IMG/VR virus record: IMGVR_UViG_3300032138_000002 | Location: 1-64,000 of that record | Reading direction: 5' to 3' (one strand) | Source: a virus | Lineage: Duplodnaviria > Caudoviricetes | Length of the DNA: 64,000 nucleotides | Shown here: in pieces, positions 17,004 through 27,065 of the stretch | Position numbering within the stretch: the first letter of the stretch is position 1 | Layout of the letters: every line of letters begins with the position of its first letter | Position numbers and translations under genes: made by a program | The notes under the pieces: generated by a model | The model's database searches: none | Seen by the model: the letters and a program-made list of their open reading frames with translations, nothing else | Told to the model about the DNA's origin: nothing

Positions 17004-17720
17004 TTAGGAATCTTTCTTCTGTGTGAGCCGTTTAAAGATGCGCTCGGTAAGCTCGTCTGCCAATTGCTCTTGCTTCTCTTCGGCGAGGCGGGCCTCCACC
17101 TTTTCCATTACTGAAGCAAAGAAAGCTGCTTGAGCATCGTCTTCCTCTAGAGAAATACCGCGGTCTTCTTTGTCCCGGTCGTCCCACTTGCCGTAGGAGT
17201 CATCTCTGCGTCCTTTCTTGGACACGCCGCGCGGCTTCTTGCCGAGGCGTGCTCCAAGGGACTCGTCTTCTTCATCATCGTATCCCTGCTTTTTTTCCTC
17301 GGGCAGTGCAAACTCATCGCCTTCTACTTCTTCATCACCAGCAAGCTCGACGGCCTCAAGGCCCTCTTCATCATCACCCATGTCCATGTCAAGATCAAGA
17401 TCGTCCTCGACATCCAATTCTTCACCGGCATCACCGGCATCAATATTAAGCTCAAGCTCAGGGATGGCTTCTTCGAGTTCTGCTGCCATGGCACCAAGGC
17501 CGGCTGCTAGAGCATCTTCCACGTCGCCCACACTCAGTCCAGTTTCTTCGACTTCTACGTCTACTTCAACTTCCTCAGCGGGGGGCTCTTCGATTACCTC
17601 TTCGGCATCTACTTCAATCTCTTCCTCTTCAGGAAGGAAGGTCTCTGTAAGTGGGCCTAAAGACGCCAATTTCATGAATCGTCTAATGGTTGCTTCGTTA
17701 AGTAAGTTTTTCTTGCTCAT
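17004..17720 (-). CDS. Very acidic protein, probable internal head/core protein
   Basis: Glu/Asp-rich, many L/I-x-E sites, N-terminal LLNEATIRRFMKLASL, late motif upstream. Confidence 0.6.
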   Translation of the reverse strand: MSKKNLLNEATIRRFMKLASLGPLTETFLPEEEEIEVDAEEVIEEPPAEEVEVDVEVEETGLSVGDVEDALAAGLGAMAAELEEAIPELELNIDAGDAGEELDVEDDLDLDMDMGDDEEGLEAVELAGDEEVEGDEFALPEEKKQGYDDEEDESLGARLGKKPRGVSKKGRRDDSYGKWDDRDKEDRGISLEEDDAQAAFFASVMEKVEARLAEEKQEQLADELTERIFKRLTQKKDS

Positions 17721-17755
17721 CGTTGTGCTCCTTGTGGGTGAAAAATACTCAAAAT

Positions 17756-17763
17756 TAAATAGT
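17756..17763 (-). promoter_or_regulatory. Putative late promoter motif ACTATTTA
   Basis: Intergenic, about 36 nt upstream of ATG 17720. Confidence 0.65.
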
Positions 17764-17802
17764 TCTTTGGTTAGTAAAAAGCGATAAAATGTGTATTTTT
17801 TA

Positions 17803-18045
17803 TTATAATATTCCCTTCTTATATATTTTCTTTAGCAGTTTTTTTTGCGCCTTATCTTCAATTTGTTTTACCCGAACGAAGCTGATGCCTAGTCTATCCC
17901 CCACTTCCCGAAGGGTCATGCGACCATTTTTATCCACCGCTATAAGGGTGCAGTTAAGGTCGTCTTTGAAATCAATCCAGTGTTTACAATCGGTTATAGG
18001 GCATTCTATTCCCTTGTCCTTGCACAGTTCTTTGCACTCTTTCAT
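17803..18045 (-). CDS. Sigma70 region-4-like HTH protein with Cys-rich N-terminus
   Basis: MTLREVGDRLGISFVRVKQIEDKAQKKL matches sigma region 4.2 (TLEEVG..F.VTRERIRQIE.KAL.KL); five Cys upstream. Confidence 0.8.
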   Translation of the reverse strand: MKECKELCKDKGIECPITDCKHWIDFKDDLNCTLIAVDKNGRMTLREVGDRLGISFVRVKQIEDKAQKKLLKKIYKKGIL

Positions 18046-18356
18046 AGGTCATCACTCTCCTCGGCAATCATATCAAAAATATTTTCAATTTCTTCATCAG
18101 AAAGTCTGAAGTCCTTTTTATTTTCTTTTGCTTTCGCATAAGTTTGTTTCAAAATCTTTTTCCTAATTTTACTTTGGTTTTTATATTTGTCAAGAAAGTT
18201 TAGAAAGTCTTCGTCTTGTTTAATATACGCGCTTACGACGGCTCTAAAAAATTCTCCCTGACGCAATTCATCTACGTGGAGTCGGATGCGTAAATCTGCA
18301 TAGCGCTTATCTGTATCCTCGAAGATTATTTTCTTTTTGTCTATACCGTAATTCAT
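18042..18356 (-). CDS. Hypothetical protein, possible DNA-binding (RHH-like)
   Basis: ORF track; ATGA coupling on both sides. Confidence 0.65.
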   Translation of the reverse strand: MNYGIDKKKIIFEDTDKRYADLRIRLHVDELRQGEFFRAVVSAYIKQDEDFLNFLDKYKNQSKIRKKILKQTYAKAKENKKDFRLSDEEIENIFDMIAEESDDL

Positions 18357-19435
18357 CGTCTTAAAATATGAGTAGAGCTTTCAACCTGGCCCGCTGAAGA
18401 TTGTTTAACAAAAGTGGCCCGAGTTTGTAACTCGGTGAGCGAGCGTGCTCCTGTATAAGAGAGCCCGCTGCGGATACCCCGCTCTAATTCCCCTAGAATG
18501 AAGGCCACCGTCCCTTTATAAGGAATTGTGGTAGCTACCCCTTCTAATGAGCTAGTTATGCCCCGCCAATCCAATTGAGCCTCTTTAGACGCCATCCCAC
18601 GGTAGGCTTTATATCTCTCACCGTGCAGGTTTTCAAAGATATCTCCGGGGGCTTCATCGGTTCCCGCGAGGAGAGACCCCAACATCACGAAATCGGCTCC
18701 GGCTGCATATGCCTTAACAATGTCTCCCGAAGTTTTAAATCCCCCATCTGCAATCAGGAGGGCGTCTCGATCTGATTGAGCGCAATCCATCACGGACTGA
18801 AGCGTTGGGACACCATGGCCTGTCTGGATCCGGGTGGAACAAATCGACCCTCCGCCAACACCAACGCGCACACTATCAGCCCCCCAATCGGCTAGATCAT
18901 TGAAGCCCTCTAGAGTTGCCACGTTGCCGGCCATGATGTGTACTGAGGGGTCTAGCTTTTGTTTGAGTTTTTTAAGGGCGCTCTTAACTAAAGCGTGGTG
19001 GCCATGGGCAACATCCACGCACAAGACGCGGGCTCCAGAGGCAACACAGGCAACTGCACGTTCAAGGAAATCTCCTGACACACCCACGGCGGCGCCAATC
19101 ATAGGGTCGAAGTCGCCTTCATTTAGCTCTGACCCCTCGGCTATCTTCTGCCAAGCCTCTTCAACACAGCGTTGCTGTGTGTCGATACTATTGTAGCGAT
19201 GAATGATCCCCAACCCACCACATAAAAACATTTCTGATGCCATCGCATCGGCAGTCACGGTGTCCATGGGGCTCGAAACCAGCGGCAATTCGAATCGGTA
19301 TCCACCTAGTTCGGTGGTCAGGTTAATTTCTGCGCGGCTCTCAATATCAGAATACTGTGGGGTTAGAAGTGTATCATCGAAACATACCGTACTTCGAAGG
19401 GGCTCCGCTACATCGCCATTACTCAGGATCTTCAC
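18353..19435 (-). CDS. guaB: IMP dehydrogenase / GMP reductase family enzyme, no CBS domains
   Basis: [30 protein letters not shown] (catalytic Cys), ADGG, YRGMAS; IMPDH versus GMPR cannot be settled by eye. Confidence 0.88.
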   Translation of the reverse strand: MKILSNGDVAEPLRSTVCFDDTLLTPQYSDIESRAEINLTTELGGYRFELPLVSSPMDTVTADAMASEMFLCGGLGIIHRYNSIDTQQRCVEEAWQKIAEGSELNEGDFDPMIGAAVGVSGDFLERAVACVASGARVLCVDVAHGHHALVKSALKKLKQKLDPSVHIMAGNVATLEGFNDLADWGADSVRVGVGGGSICSTRIQTGHGVPTLQSVMDCAQSDRDALLIADGGFKTSGDIVKAYAAGADFVMLGSLLAGTDEAPGDIFENLHGERYKAYRGMASKEAQLDWRGITSSLEGVATTIPYKGTVAFILGELERGIRSGLSYTGARSLTELQTRATFVKQSSAGQVESSTHILRR

Positions 19436-19718
19436 TCAGCACCTCACCAATCTTGTCGCGCATCTCTTGCACTATAGTTTGAGCCTTTTCCCAACACTCT
19501 GGGCAGTAAAGACGTACCAACTTTTGCTCTTCTCGTACGACGACATTCCATGATTGTACCATGGCTTTATCCGTCTTGTCAAATTTTTTCTCGCAAGAAC
19601 AGCACTCTTCAGGAATATCCAAAAAGAGACCAATTTTCTCGTTGGCGTCTTTAGCCGCCTCTCGTCGTTTCTTAGCTATATTTTGTCTTTTAAGTTTGCG
19701 TGAAAGTTTGTTTCCCAT
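19419..19718 (-). CDS. Zinc-finger hypothetical protein
   Basis: CCSC and CPEC pairs, basic N-terminus. Confidence 0.7.
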   Translation of the reverse strand: MGNKLSRKLKRQNIAKKRREAAKDANEKIGLFLDIPEECCSCEKKFDKTDKAMVQSWNVVVREEQKLVRLYCPECWEKAQTIVQEMRDKIGEVLSEDPE

Positions 19719-19723
19719 GTTAT

Positions 19724-22700
19724 TTATCCTAATAATCTTAAGTTATATTTAATAGATCGTGTGGAGAAGCCCCACTGCTCTTCCCAATTAAGTCGCCCCA
19801 TATATGGTCGGTTGACATAAACCTTGTCAGTATCCTTGACACCCCAACACTTGATAGAAGTGGAAATGTTGTTAGAATCGATCACATTAAGAATCCAATA
19901 ATCCTTTCCATTCTTTGTCTTACGCTTAATGATTTCGCGGGGTATAAACCACACCACCTCTAGCGCGGGATCATACTCTGAAATAGGGGGGATATAGTTT
20001 TCTTCTAGCTTTTCTTTCGTTTCTTTTTTGAGCACCAACTCCATGGGGAAGATGCCCGTTAAATCGGCCAAGTGATGAATACGTTCTTCGATGCTGAAGT
20101 TTGCCTCCTCCCGGTACATTTCTATTCCTTCCGCCAATTTTTTATTATTCTTGGGGCGATCGACCACAACGGATGACCAGAAGTGTTTCGTGCCGGTAAA
20201 CCGTTCATCGATCAGAGAGGTGAGTGCACCGGCTCGACACATAACGTCTAGCGCCTTTTTGTTTAGTTTGCTATAAACAATCTCTTCGTTGAACAAGAGT
20301 TCTTCAATGTTGTCAAAAGGCCGGTGTTCCAGGATCTGGTCAATGGCTGCCGCGCCAAGGCCCTTGATAGATGTGAGGGGTTGAATGAGGGTTTTCCCGT
20401 CAAGAGAAATTTCCCAGACTGTACCCGAGGTGTTGATACTTAACTTTTCAATATTAAATCCAAAAGATTTGGCGATGTTGATAGCTCGCTCTTTGCGCTT
20501 CTCTGGCTCTTTATCCAGGAAAGCGGCCATCCACTCAGCGGGATAGTAATTAAGAAGATAGGCACACTGATAGCTAAGAATACTGTAGCTGACAGCATGG
20601 GACTTATTAAAGCCGTACCCGGAGAAGTATTCGAACTTTTGCCACAGTGCATTTGCGTTCGCTGCTGATAGTCCTTTATCAGCACAACCTTGGACAAACT
20701 TGTTATAGATCTTTTGTTTTTTCTTTTCATGATCTCCGGTACCTTTCTTGGTAAGTAATTTGCGTAAAGCATTTCCTTCATCGAGAGAAATGTTTTTTCC
20801 CAATTTGTGGGCCAGAAGAGCAATTTGTTCCTGGAAAATTAGATAGCCATACGTCTCTCCCGTGACCTCTTTAATAATAGGGTGGTCGTAGTCAATATTA
20901 CCGGGGCTGTTCTTCGCCTCGACATATGTTTGATCCACCTTCGCGCTCAAGGGGCCCGGGCGATAGATAGAAGTGATAGCTGAGATATCGATGATGTTCT
21001 TCGGCTTTGCGCGGACACAAAATTCTTGGGCACCCTTTTCGCTAAACTGGAATATTCCAGCCCACTTTCCCTTGTGAAAAACATTTTTATATACGGCGTG
21101 GTCACCAAAATCTAAGACGTCTGGGTGGAGCTTCTCGTTATAATATTTCTGGACCTGTTCGAAAGTGGGGTCCTCAACGTTGTGATGTCGAACTAAAATG
21201 TGTCGGATCGCATCTTCGATCATCCGCAAAGAAGCAAGCCCCAAAATATCAAATTTAATGAAACCCAGTGGCTCCAAGTGCCGCACGTTCTGACCTTCAC
21301 TCCATGGTGTTTGGCGGACACCCCCACTGTTCACCAGGGGCATCCACTTGTCCAAATCCTCTCCAATTACCACCCCGCCCGCATGCCTAGAGACTGAGCG
21401 TACTTGACCAAGGAGGGCCTCGACGTGTGTTTTAATATGGGGGTATTTATCGAGGAAGCTCTTCAAGCTATCAGAATATTCCATGACTTCTTTAAAAGTG
21501 GGTACATAGACGCCCGCCTTGATACCGTGAATATTCTTCGCAATCGGCGTAGCCTCCTGAATCATTCTTCCTGTTACTATGTTTACTTCCGAAAACGGAA
21601 TGTCGTAAAACTTAGAAACGTCTTTAATAAGTGAACGCAGTTGCAGAGTATTATAATTGGAGATGGGGACCACCGTGGTGTCTCCCCATTCCTTAATCAG
21701 CATTTCTTTTAATTCCATAGGATTAGACACGTCATAGTCAATGTCGGGATAGTCTGTAGCATCGCTCCGCAAGAAACGGGAAAACAGGAGCCCATGTTTT
21801 ATGGGGTCCACCTGAGTGATATTAAGAACATAGGCCACTAGTGAGCCCGCAGCGGAGCCGCGACCAGGGCCTGTAATCTGGACCGAAGAGGCTTTGGCCG
21901 CTACTGCGCGCATGGTCAAAAAGTACTTGGCGAAGCCTCGCTCCTTGATAACCCCCAATTCTGTTTTGAGGCGCGCCACGTATACGGGATCTTTGTGTAG
22001 CTCTCTTTCCTTGAGGCCGGCCCCACAACTTTCTGTTAGAGCTTGAATATCAGTCTTGCCCGCGGGCACCACAAACTGCGGGAGGCGCACCTGATCATCG
22101 GGCATAAAGTCCTCGATGCGGTCGTGGGCGATATGGTGTGTACGCATAATAGAATCTTTGATATACCGATCGTCATAATCCATCTTAACCTCGGTAGAGT
22201 ATTTAAGATAAGATTCATACATCTCGTTTCCGTTCTTGGGATAAAGCTCGTAGCCAATTTCATCGACGTCATTGGGAATTTCGGCAGACATATAAGACGG
22301 GAGCCCCCCCTTCCCCAACCAACCGATGCGTTTATACAGTTCCCGATCTTTCCAGGCTTCGGGGGTAGGATAATGACTATCGGCTGTAGATATAGTTTCC
22401 ACGGCCATTTCGTCACAAACCTGAATTATATATTGATTAAGGAGGTGCTGGTCTTCATTATTATTCCATTGTAGTTCCCCGTACCATCGGTCCCCGAAGA
22501 TCTCTTTCATTCGTCTCGTGGTGTCTCGCATCGATTCCAAGACGGCAGCCGGTCCGTCGTCTTTATTATCCCAGTAATTTCCAGCATATATCCCACCGAG
22601 ACAAGCACTAGAAGCAATAACCCCACTACTATACTCAGCAAGCAAATTATAATCCATTCTAGGATATCGATAAAAATTTCCATCTTTATAACTCTCTGAA

Positions 22701-23134
22701 ACTAGTTTAAATATGTTATTAAGACCTGTTTGGTTCTGTGCCAATAAAATAAGATGATTTCTTTTCTTTAAGATATCTTTCACTTTTTGCTTCGAAGCGG
22801 CTTCGTCTTCGATGCTGAGCCCCATATCTTTGTCTAGTCTTTTTTTCTTTTGTTCCCTCGCCTTAGTGTATTCCTCGCGCCACTGGCCCAGGGAGGGGAG
22901 GAAATAAGCCTCCACTCCAAAGATAGGCTTAAAGTTCTGCCCATCCGCTTTTAATTGTTTAGCAAACAAAACCTGATACGGAAGACCGTTCATGTGTCCG
23001 TGGTCGGTCAGGGCGAGGCCGTCGGAACCATTCTCTAGGGCGAACTTCATATGATCTTGCGGATAGCCCAGTCCGTCGTTTAAGCTCATTCCACTATGTG
23101 CATGCAATCCTACGAAAGGTATTTTCTTAGACAC
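19724..23134 (-). CDS. dnaE: DNA polymerase III alpha subunit (family C)
   Basis: PHP domain (HAHS, TDHG, GVE, DSH), GRGSAAGSLVAY, PDIDYD, RHAGGVVI, KFDILGL, YGFNKSHA, HhH IKGLG, C-terminal OB fold. Confidence 0.97.
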   Translation of the reverse strand: MSKKIPFVGLHAHSGMSLNDGLGYPQDHMKFALENGSDGLALTDHGHMNGLPYQVLFAKQLKADGQNFKPIFGVEAYFLPSLGQWREEYTKAREQKKKRLDKDMGLSIEDEAASKQKVKDILKKRNHLILLAQNQTGLNNIFKLVSESYKDGNFYRYPRMDYNLLAEYSSGVIASSACLGGIYAGNYWDNKDDGPAAVLESMRDTTRRMKEIFGDRWYGELQWNNNEDQHLLNQYIIQVCDEMAVETISTADSHYPTPEAWKDRELYKRIGWLGKGGLPSYMSAEIPNDVDEIGYELYPKNGNEMYESYLKYSTEVKMDYDDRYIKDSIMRTHHIAHDRIEDFMPDDQVRLPQFVVPAGKTDIQALTESCGAGLKERELHKDPVYVARLKTELGVIKERGFAKYFLTMRAVAAKASSVQITGPGRGSAAGSLVAYVLNITQVDPIKHGLLFSRFLRSDATDYPDIDYDVSNPMELKEMLIKEWGDTTVVPISNYNTLQLRSLIKDVSKFYDIPFSEVNIVTGRMIQEATPIAKNIHGIKAGVYVPTFKEVMEYSDSLKSFLDKYPHIKTHVEALLGQVRSVSRHAGGVVIGEDLDKWMPLVNSGGVRQTPWSEGQNVRHLEPLGFIKFDILGLASLRMIEDAIRHILVRHHNVEDPTFEQVQKYYNEKLHPDVLDFGDHAVYKNVFHKGKWAGIFQFSEKGAQEFCVRAKPKNIIDISAITSIYRPGPLSAKVDQTYVEAKNSPGNIDYDHPIIKEVTGETYGYLIFQEQIALLAHKLGKNISLDEGNALRKLLTKKGTGDHEKKKQKIYNKFVQGCADKGLSAANANALWQKFEYFSGYGFNKSHAVSYSILSYQCAYLLNYYPAEWMAAFLDKEPEKRKERAINIAKSFGFNIEKLSINTSGTVWEISLDGKTLIQPLTSIKGLGAAAIDQILEHRPFDNIEELLFNEEIVYSKLNKKALDVMCRAGALTSLIDERFTGTKHFWSSVVVDRPKNNKKLAEGIEMYREEANFSIEERIHHLADLTGIFPMELVLKKETKEKLEENYIPPISEYDPALEVVWFIPREIIKRKTKNGKDYWILNVIDSNNISTSIKCWGVKDTDKVYVNRPYMGRLNWEEQWGFSTRSIKYNLRLLG

Positions 23135-23162
23135 TATACTTCTCCAATTATTCTATAGTCTA

Positions 23163-23191
23163 AGACTACCATAACTTTTGTTATAAGTCAA
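23163..23191 (-). promoter_or_regulatory. Sigma70-type promoter for dnaE
   Basis: TTGACT (23191-23186), 17 bp spacer, TGn-TAGTCT (23168-23163). Confidence 0.65.
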
Positions 23192-23199
23192 GTCTTTTT

Positions 23200-24810
23200 T
23201 TAATCAGTGGCCACTGTGTTTGGAAGTGACAAAGCTCGAATAAAAAGATCGGGGTATTCCGTACTGTCAGTGCCTCCATACTTCCAAGTGTGGGCGCTGG
23301 CGTTGCGGGCGGCGGTGCCGACGTAATAAGTGTAAGAGGTGCCGGCGGTGAGGCCCGAGATATACCAACTGTGGTTTATAATTTCAGCAGTGGCGGAGGA
23401 AGTGTCGTTTGAAGGAACTCTCACTTTCTTTTCATATTGGGTGCCGGCAGAATTGTATGTGTCGGAATCGGAAAGCCCAAGGTATACAAAATCAAAAGCA
23501 GCCGATGTATCCGAGTGACAATATCCCTGAAATTGGATTTCAACCTTTCCACTGGCTGGGGCAGTAAACGTAACGACCCAACGGTTGGTCGGCACCACCA
23601 TGCTGGTTGTTATGTCGTAGTCTGCATTGGTTGCTGCTCCCCCGTTGTCAAGGATTGAAATTCCTAAAATAAGGCCGCCCATTTCATATATATCGAGGGG
23701 GTTCTTGGGGGTGCTTGTGCCAATGCCAATGACGTCATTGCCAGCATCGACAAATAACATATGATCGTTATTGTCGGATTCTACTCTGAAATCGTTAGAA
23801 GCATGACCATATTGGTTTAAGATAACACCAGAAGCACCAACCCTGATAGCCTCTTCGTTGGTACTTTTGATGATAGTCGTAAATGAGGTGGCGCCCTTAT
23901 TTATATAAAGAGTGTTGGTCCCGGCATTTAGAAATAATGCTTCGTCCTCGCCATCACTTTCTATTCTGAAGTCATTTGCTGCGGCACCATCTTCATTTAA
24001 AACAACTCCAGCGTAGTCTACTGTTATGGCTTCGCCATTTGAGCTATGAATCTTTGTTTTAAAAGCTGACTCACCGTGGTTTATGTGAAAAACCTCATTA
24101 CCGGCATTTAGATAAAGGGCTAGAGACTCGTCGGGAGACCTTACTATGAAATCTACGTCGTCGCCACTGTCGTTGCAGATAAGTTGGCACTGAGAGGCAG
24201 AAGTGAAGCTGATGAAATTTACGGCTCCGGCTTTAATGGTGATATCATCAGATTGAAATCTAATGAATGTGTCATCATCACCTTTATGGTAAATATATTC
24301 ACTAAGCCCAATATCGCCAGCAACATCTAGTTCATAAGCGGGAGTGCCTACTCCATTAATTCCCAGCCTGTTTGTAGATGCATCAAAGTTCATTCCGGGG
24401 TTTCCTGCATTGGAGCCGTTACCCTTAACAACAAAGTCGACATTGTTGGCTCCATCATTAATAGTAACTTCATGAGGAGCAGAGCCTTTTTTCTCAAGAG
24501 TAATTAATGCTAGATTACCTGCTTTAAAAACTATTTTATCATCAGTGAGACTAACGAGCGTGTCGGTATCTCCATTATGATAAATGTATTGATCAACACC
24601 AATGTCTCCAGCAACGTGCATGGTGTAAGCCGGAGAATCTGTTGCAATGCCGATCCGGTTGTTGCCCGAGTCCACAAAAAGCATGTGGGTTTGACCGTCC
24701 GATTCAATACGGAAGTCCACGTCTTTACTCTCTTCGTTAAAAGTGGCGGAACCTGACACTGCCAGCGATCCCGAAATTTCTGCTCCGTCTCCATATTTTG
24801 AACCTGCCAT
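23200..24810 (-). CDS. Tail/head fibre-like beta-repeat protein
   Basis: Five repeats of N-x-x-G..DF(R/V)(I/V)(E/K)S..L(F/Y)(V/L)(D/N)AG.N; C-terminal beta domain; CTATTTA at 24904-24910 upstream. Confidence 0.75.
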   Translation of the reverse strand: MAGSKYGDGAEISGSLAVSGSATFNEESKDVDFRIESDGQTHMLFVDSGNNRIGIATDSPAYTMHVAGDIGVDQYIYHNGDTDTLVSLTDDKIVFKAGNLALITLEKKGSAPHEVTINDGANNVDFVVKGNGSNAGNPGMNFDASTNRLGINGVGTPAYELDVAGDIGLSEYIYHKGDDDTFIRFQSDDITIKAGAVNFISFTSASQCQLICNDSGDDVDFIVRSPDESLALYLNAGNEVFHINHGESAFKTKIHSSNGEAITVDYAGVVLNEDGAAANDFRIESDGEDEALFLNAGTNTLYINKGATSFTTIIKSTNEEAIRVGASGVILNQYGHASNDFRVESDNNDHMLFVDAGNDVIGIGTSTPKNPLDIYEMGGLILGISILDNGGAATNADYDITTSMVVPTNRWVVTFTAPASGKVEIQFQGYCHSDTSAAFDFVYLGLSDSDTYNSAGTQYEKKVRVPSNDTSSATAEIINHSWYISGLTAGTSYTYYVGTAARNASAHTWKYGGTDSTEYPDLFIRALSLPNTVATD

Positions 24811-25655
24811 TAGTTTTCCTCCGTTGCCATTCTTTTTAATCTTTTACGTTTCAAAATAAAATTAGAAACGGGAATTAAATTTTTACACTGTTGCGAACCA
24901 ATATAAATAGAATAAAGATCCCAATTGTCTATCTTATTATACCAGGACACCTCTAGTCTTTCATGTCCTGAGGTGTCAAGAAGGGAAAACAGTTCTTTTA
25001 ATTCTATCTTCTGTACTCCTTTACCTAGCGCGCTATATTGTTCTTTGAAACTATCGCGCAGGTGAAAATAATCCTCTGCGTCGAAGGTGAAGCCCAGATA
25101 TTCCCCACCCACGATAGAAAGGCCCTCAAAGGACACAAATACTTTATTGGGCCCGGAGATAACGCGCCTGTGGTCACGTAGGGCGGAGGGGTCATATACC
25201 CCCCAGGGAAGCGCCGTATAATAGCGATCAGGGACGACCCATTTACTTACTTTTTTAGATACCATATAAGCGGAGTTGGCTCCATAGAGTATGCTCCACG
25301 CAATAGAATCTCTTTTAAAACGATCTTTGGGGTGAATGGAAACATAAAAAATAGGTATTTCTTTTTTAAACTCTCCGGGGTGGCGCTTAAAAGAATTGGT
25401 GGCGAACACGGGATCTAAAATAAAATCACCTAATCTTTTTTTAACCAAAGGCTGTGTGTCTTCATTACAAACGATCCAAATAGTTTCACACCCGGCATAT
25501 GCGCATTCAAGCACTGCGCGTTCAATCGCCAAATAACCCTTCCCAATGGGCATCAAGGCGTCCTCCCACGGAAAATCAAAATCCAAAGGCTGACCAGCAA
25601 TAGGGACTATACCCGCCAGATGAAAGGAATTAAAGTTATTTTCTCCGCTGTGCAT
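24810..25655 (-). CDS. Divergent sugar-nucleotidyltransferase (NTP_transferase)-like protein
   Basis: LAGIVPIAG..ALMPIG..AIERAVLECAYAGCETIWIV resembles the GalU/RmlA N-terminus, but the GxGTR and PK residues are missing. Confidence 0.6.
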   Translation of the reverse strand: MHSGENNFNSFHLAGIVPIAGQPLDFDFPWEDALMPIGKGYLAIERAVLECAYAGCETIWIVCNEDTQPLVKKRLGDFILDPVFATNSFKRHPGEFKKEIPIFYVSIHPKDRFKRDSIAWSILYGANSAYMVSKKVSKWVVPDRYYTALPWGVYDPSALRDHRRVISGPNKVFVSFEGLSIVGGEYLGFTFDAEDYFHLRDSFKEQYSALGKGVQKIELKELFSLLDTSGHERLEVSWYNKIDNWDLYSIYIGSQQCKNLIPVSNFILKRKRLKRMATEEN

Positions 25656-26547
25656 TAATCAGTTTTAAAGCTTTATATTGATATGACTTCGGATCCGGCT
25701 TAAAGTTATTAATAATAAAGGTGGGATCCAAACCCACAAAGCTCACATTGGGGGCGTCATGGCGGGGGCACATCGCTGTTTTGGTGATCCGTCGATATGA
25801 TGTGTCGAGCTTAATGCCGTGGTACCGATATTCGTCGGGGTTGTTGGGGGCGTGGCCATTCCGGGGACCCTTTATCCCCGCTTCTTCCATGAGAGATTTA
25901 ATTTTAAATTTGACCATGGTGTCCGAATAATCAAATGCTATGAGTTGACTGTTCGTCATGTAGGAGCGGCAGATGATATCTTTATCTCGGTTTGGTCGTT
26001 TAGACTTCATAAAATAAATATCCTTTACAAAATCATCTTCCGTCGGGATGAGATCTAGACTAATAGGGCCGCATGCCGACACATTAATATAGTCTATAAC
26101 CTCAAATCGGTCACCAAACTTTTGAGGAGGGTCGAGCCCCCGGACATCAGTATCATTAAATATGTATATCTTCTTGAATGTCGACGCCTTTAAGGCGTTC
26201 TGTAGGGTTAGGGTCCACAACTTTGATTGGTCCGCGTCGAGGCGTATGCTTAGGATGCGATCAGAGCCCAACACGAGGCCTGCGGATCCGAGGGCGAACA
26301 TTATATTCGACCACACCTTTTCTTTCGAGATGCCCACCGTGATGGGATCGTTCGGAGTTGTCAGCACCGTCTCCGTGGGATCAAAGAAAATTTTACTCAG
26401 ATCTGCATCTGCCGCGAAATGGTCAAAAGCTAAGGGTCTTTCTGCTCGGAGGGATACCAAGGGGATAGACTTGAAAAAAGAAAAAAGGGCCGCGTTGAGC
26501 CCACTTCCAATTATAATTTCATCGTAATGATCGTTAATTTTATTCAT
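25636..26547 (-). CDS. Rossmann/FAD-binding-like protein
   Basis: YDEIIIGSGLNAAL dinucleotide-binding beta-alpha motif; start set at ATG 26547 (track gives 26604). Confidence 0.55.
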   Translation of the reverse strand: MNKINDHYDEIIIGSGLNAALFSFFKSIPLVSLRAERPLAFDHFAADADLSKIFFDPTETVLTTPNDPITVGISKEKVWSNIMFALGSAGLVLGSDRILSIRLDADQSKLWTLTLQNALKASTFKKIYIFNDTDVRGLDPPQKFGDRFEVIDYINVSACGPISLDLIPTEDDFVKDIYFMKSKRPNRDKDIICRSYMTNSQLIAFDYSDTMVKFKIKSLMEEAGIKGPRNGHAPNNPDEYRYHGIKLDTSYRRITKTAMCPRHDAPNVSFVGLDPTFIINNFKPDPKSYQYKALKLINAQRRK

Positions 26548-27064
26548 AACACCCGGGTATATAAGGCCGTTCTTTGTGTTCTCGCCGGGCTCGCCGGGTG
26601 CCACGTTTAAGCTTGCGTGTTATACTGAGTACGCGATCTGCGTATCGGTGACCCTTGTGTCGTTTGCGTCCGGGCGTGCATCGGGCGGGGCCCGCATTAT
26701 ATGCACACAGCGCTCGCCTATAATTGCCTCTATATCTCTTCACATAGAAAGCCAAGATGGCGGTCCCCCGCTCTATAGACGTCAAAGGCTCCTGAAGTTC
26801 TTTACAGCTTAGCCGTTTGCCAAACCTATTCCGATAGCCTCCCGAAAAACGAGGAAGTACCTGGGTTAAACCACACGCCCCTGACCGACTCACAGCTTCA
26901 GGGGTCCAGCGGCTCTCGACGTGAATAAGCGACGTCATCACAAAGGGGTCGACCTGTTCTATTTCGGCCATATCCACCACATAATACATGTGTTCGCATG
27001 CGATATCGGCATTAGGGAAGACGAGGTTGACAAAGGCTATACAAAGAAAATCGGCTAACATCAT
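26540..27064 (-). CDS. Lytic transglycosylase (SLT domain)
   Basis: VESRW..AVSRSGACGLTQV, ALCAYNAGP, YADRV motifs; hydrophobic N-terminus. Confidence 0.9.
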   Translation of the reverse strand: MMLADFLCIAFVNLVFPNADIACEHMYYVVDMAEIEQVDPFVMTSLIHVESRWTPEAVSRSGACGLTQVLPRFSGGYRNRFGKRLSCKELQEPLTSIERGTAILAFYVKRYRGNYRRALCAYNAGPARCTPGRKRHKGHRYADRVLSITRKLKRGTRRARREHKERPYIPGCYE

Positions 27065-27065
27065 C

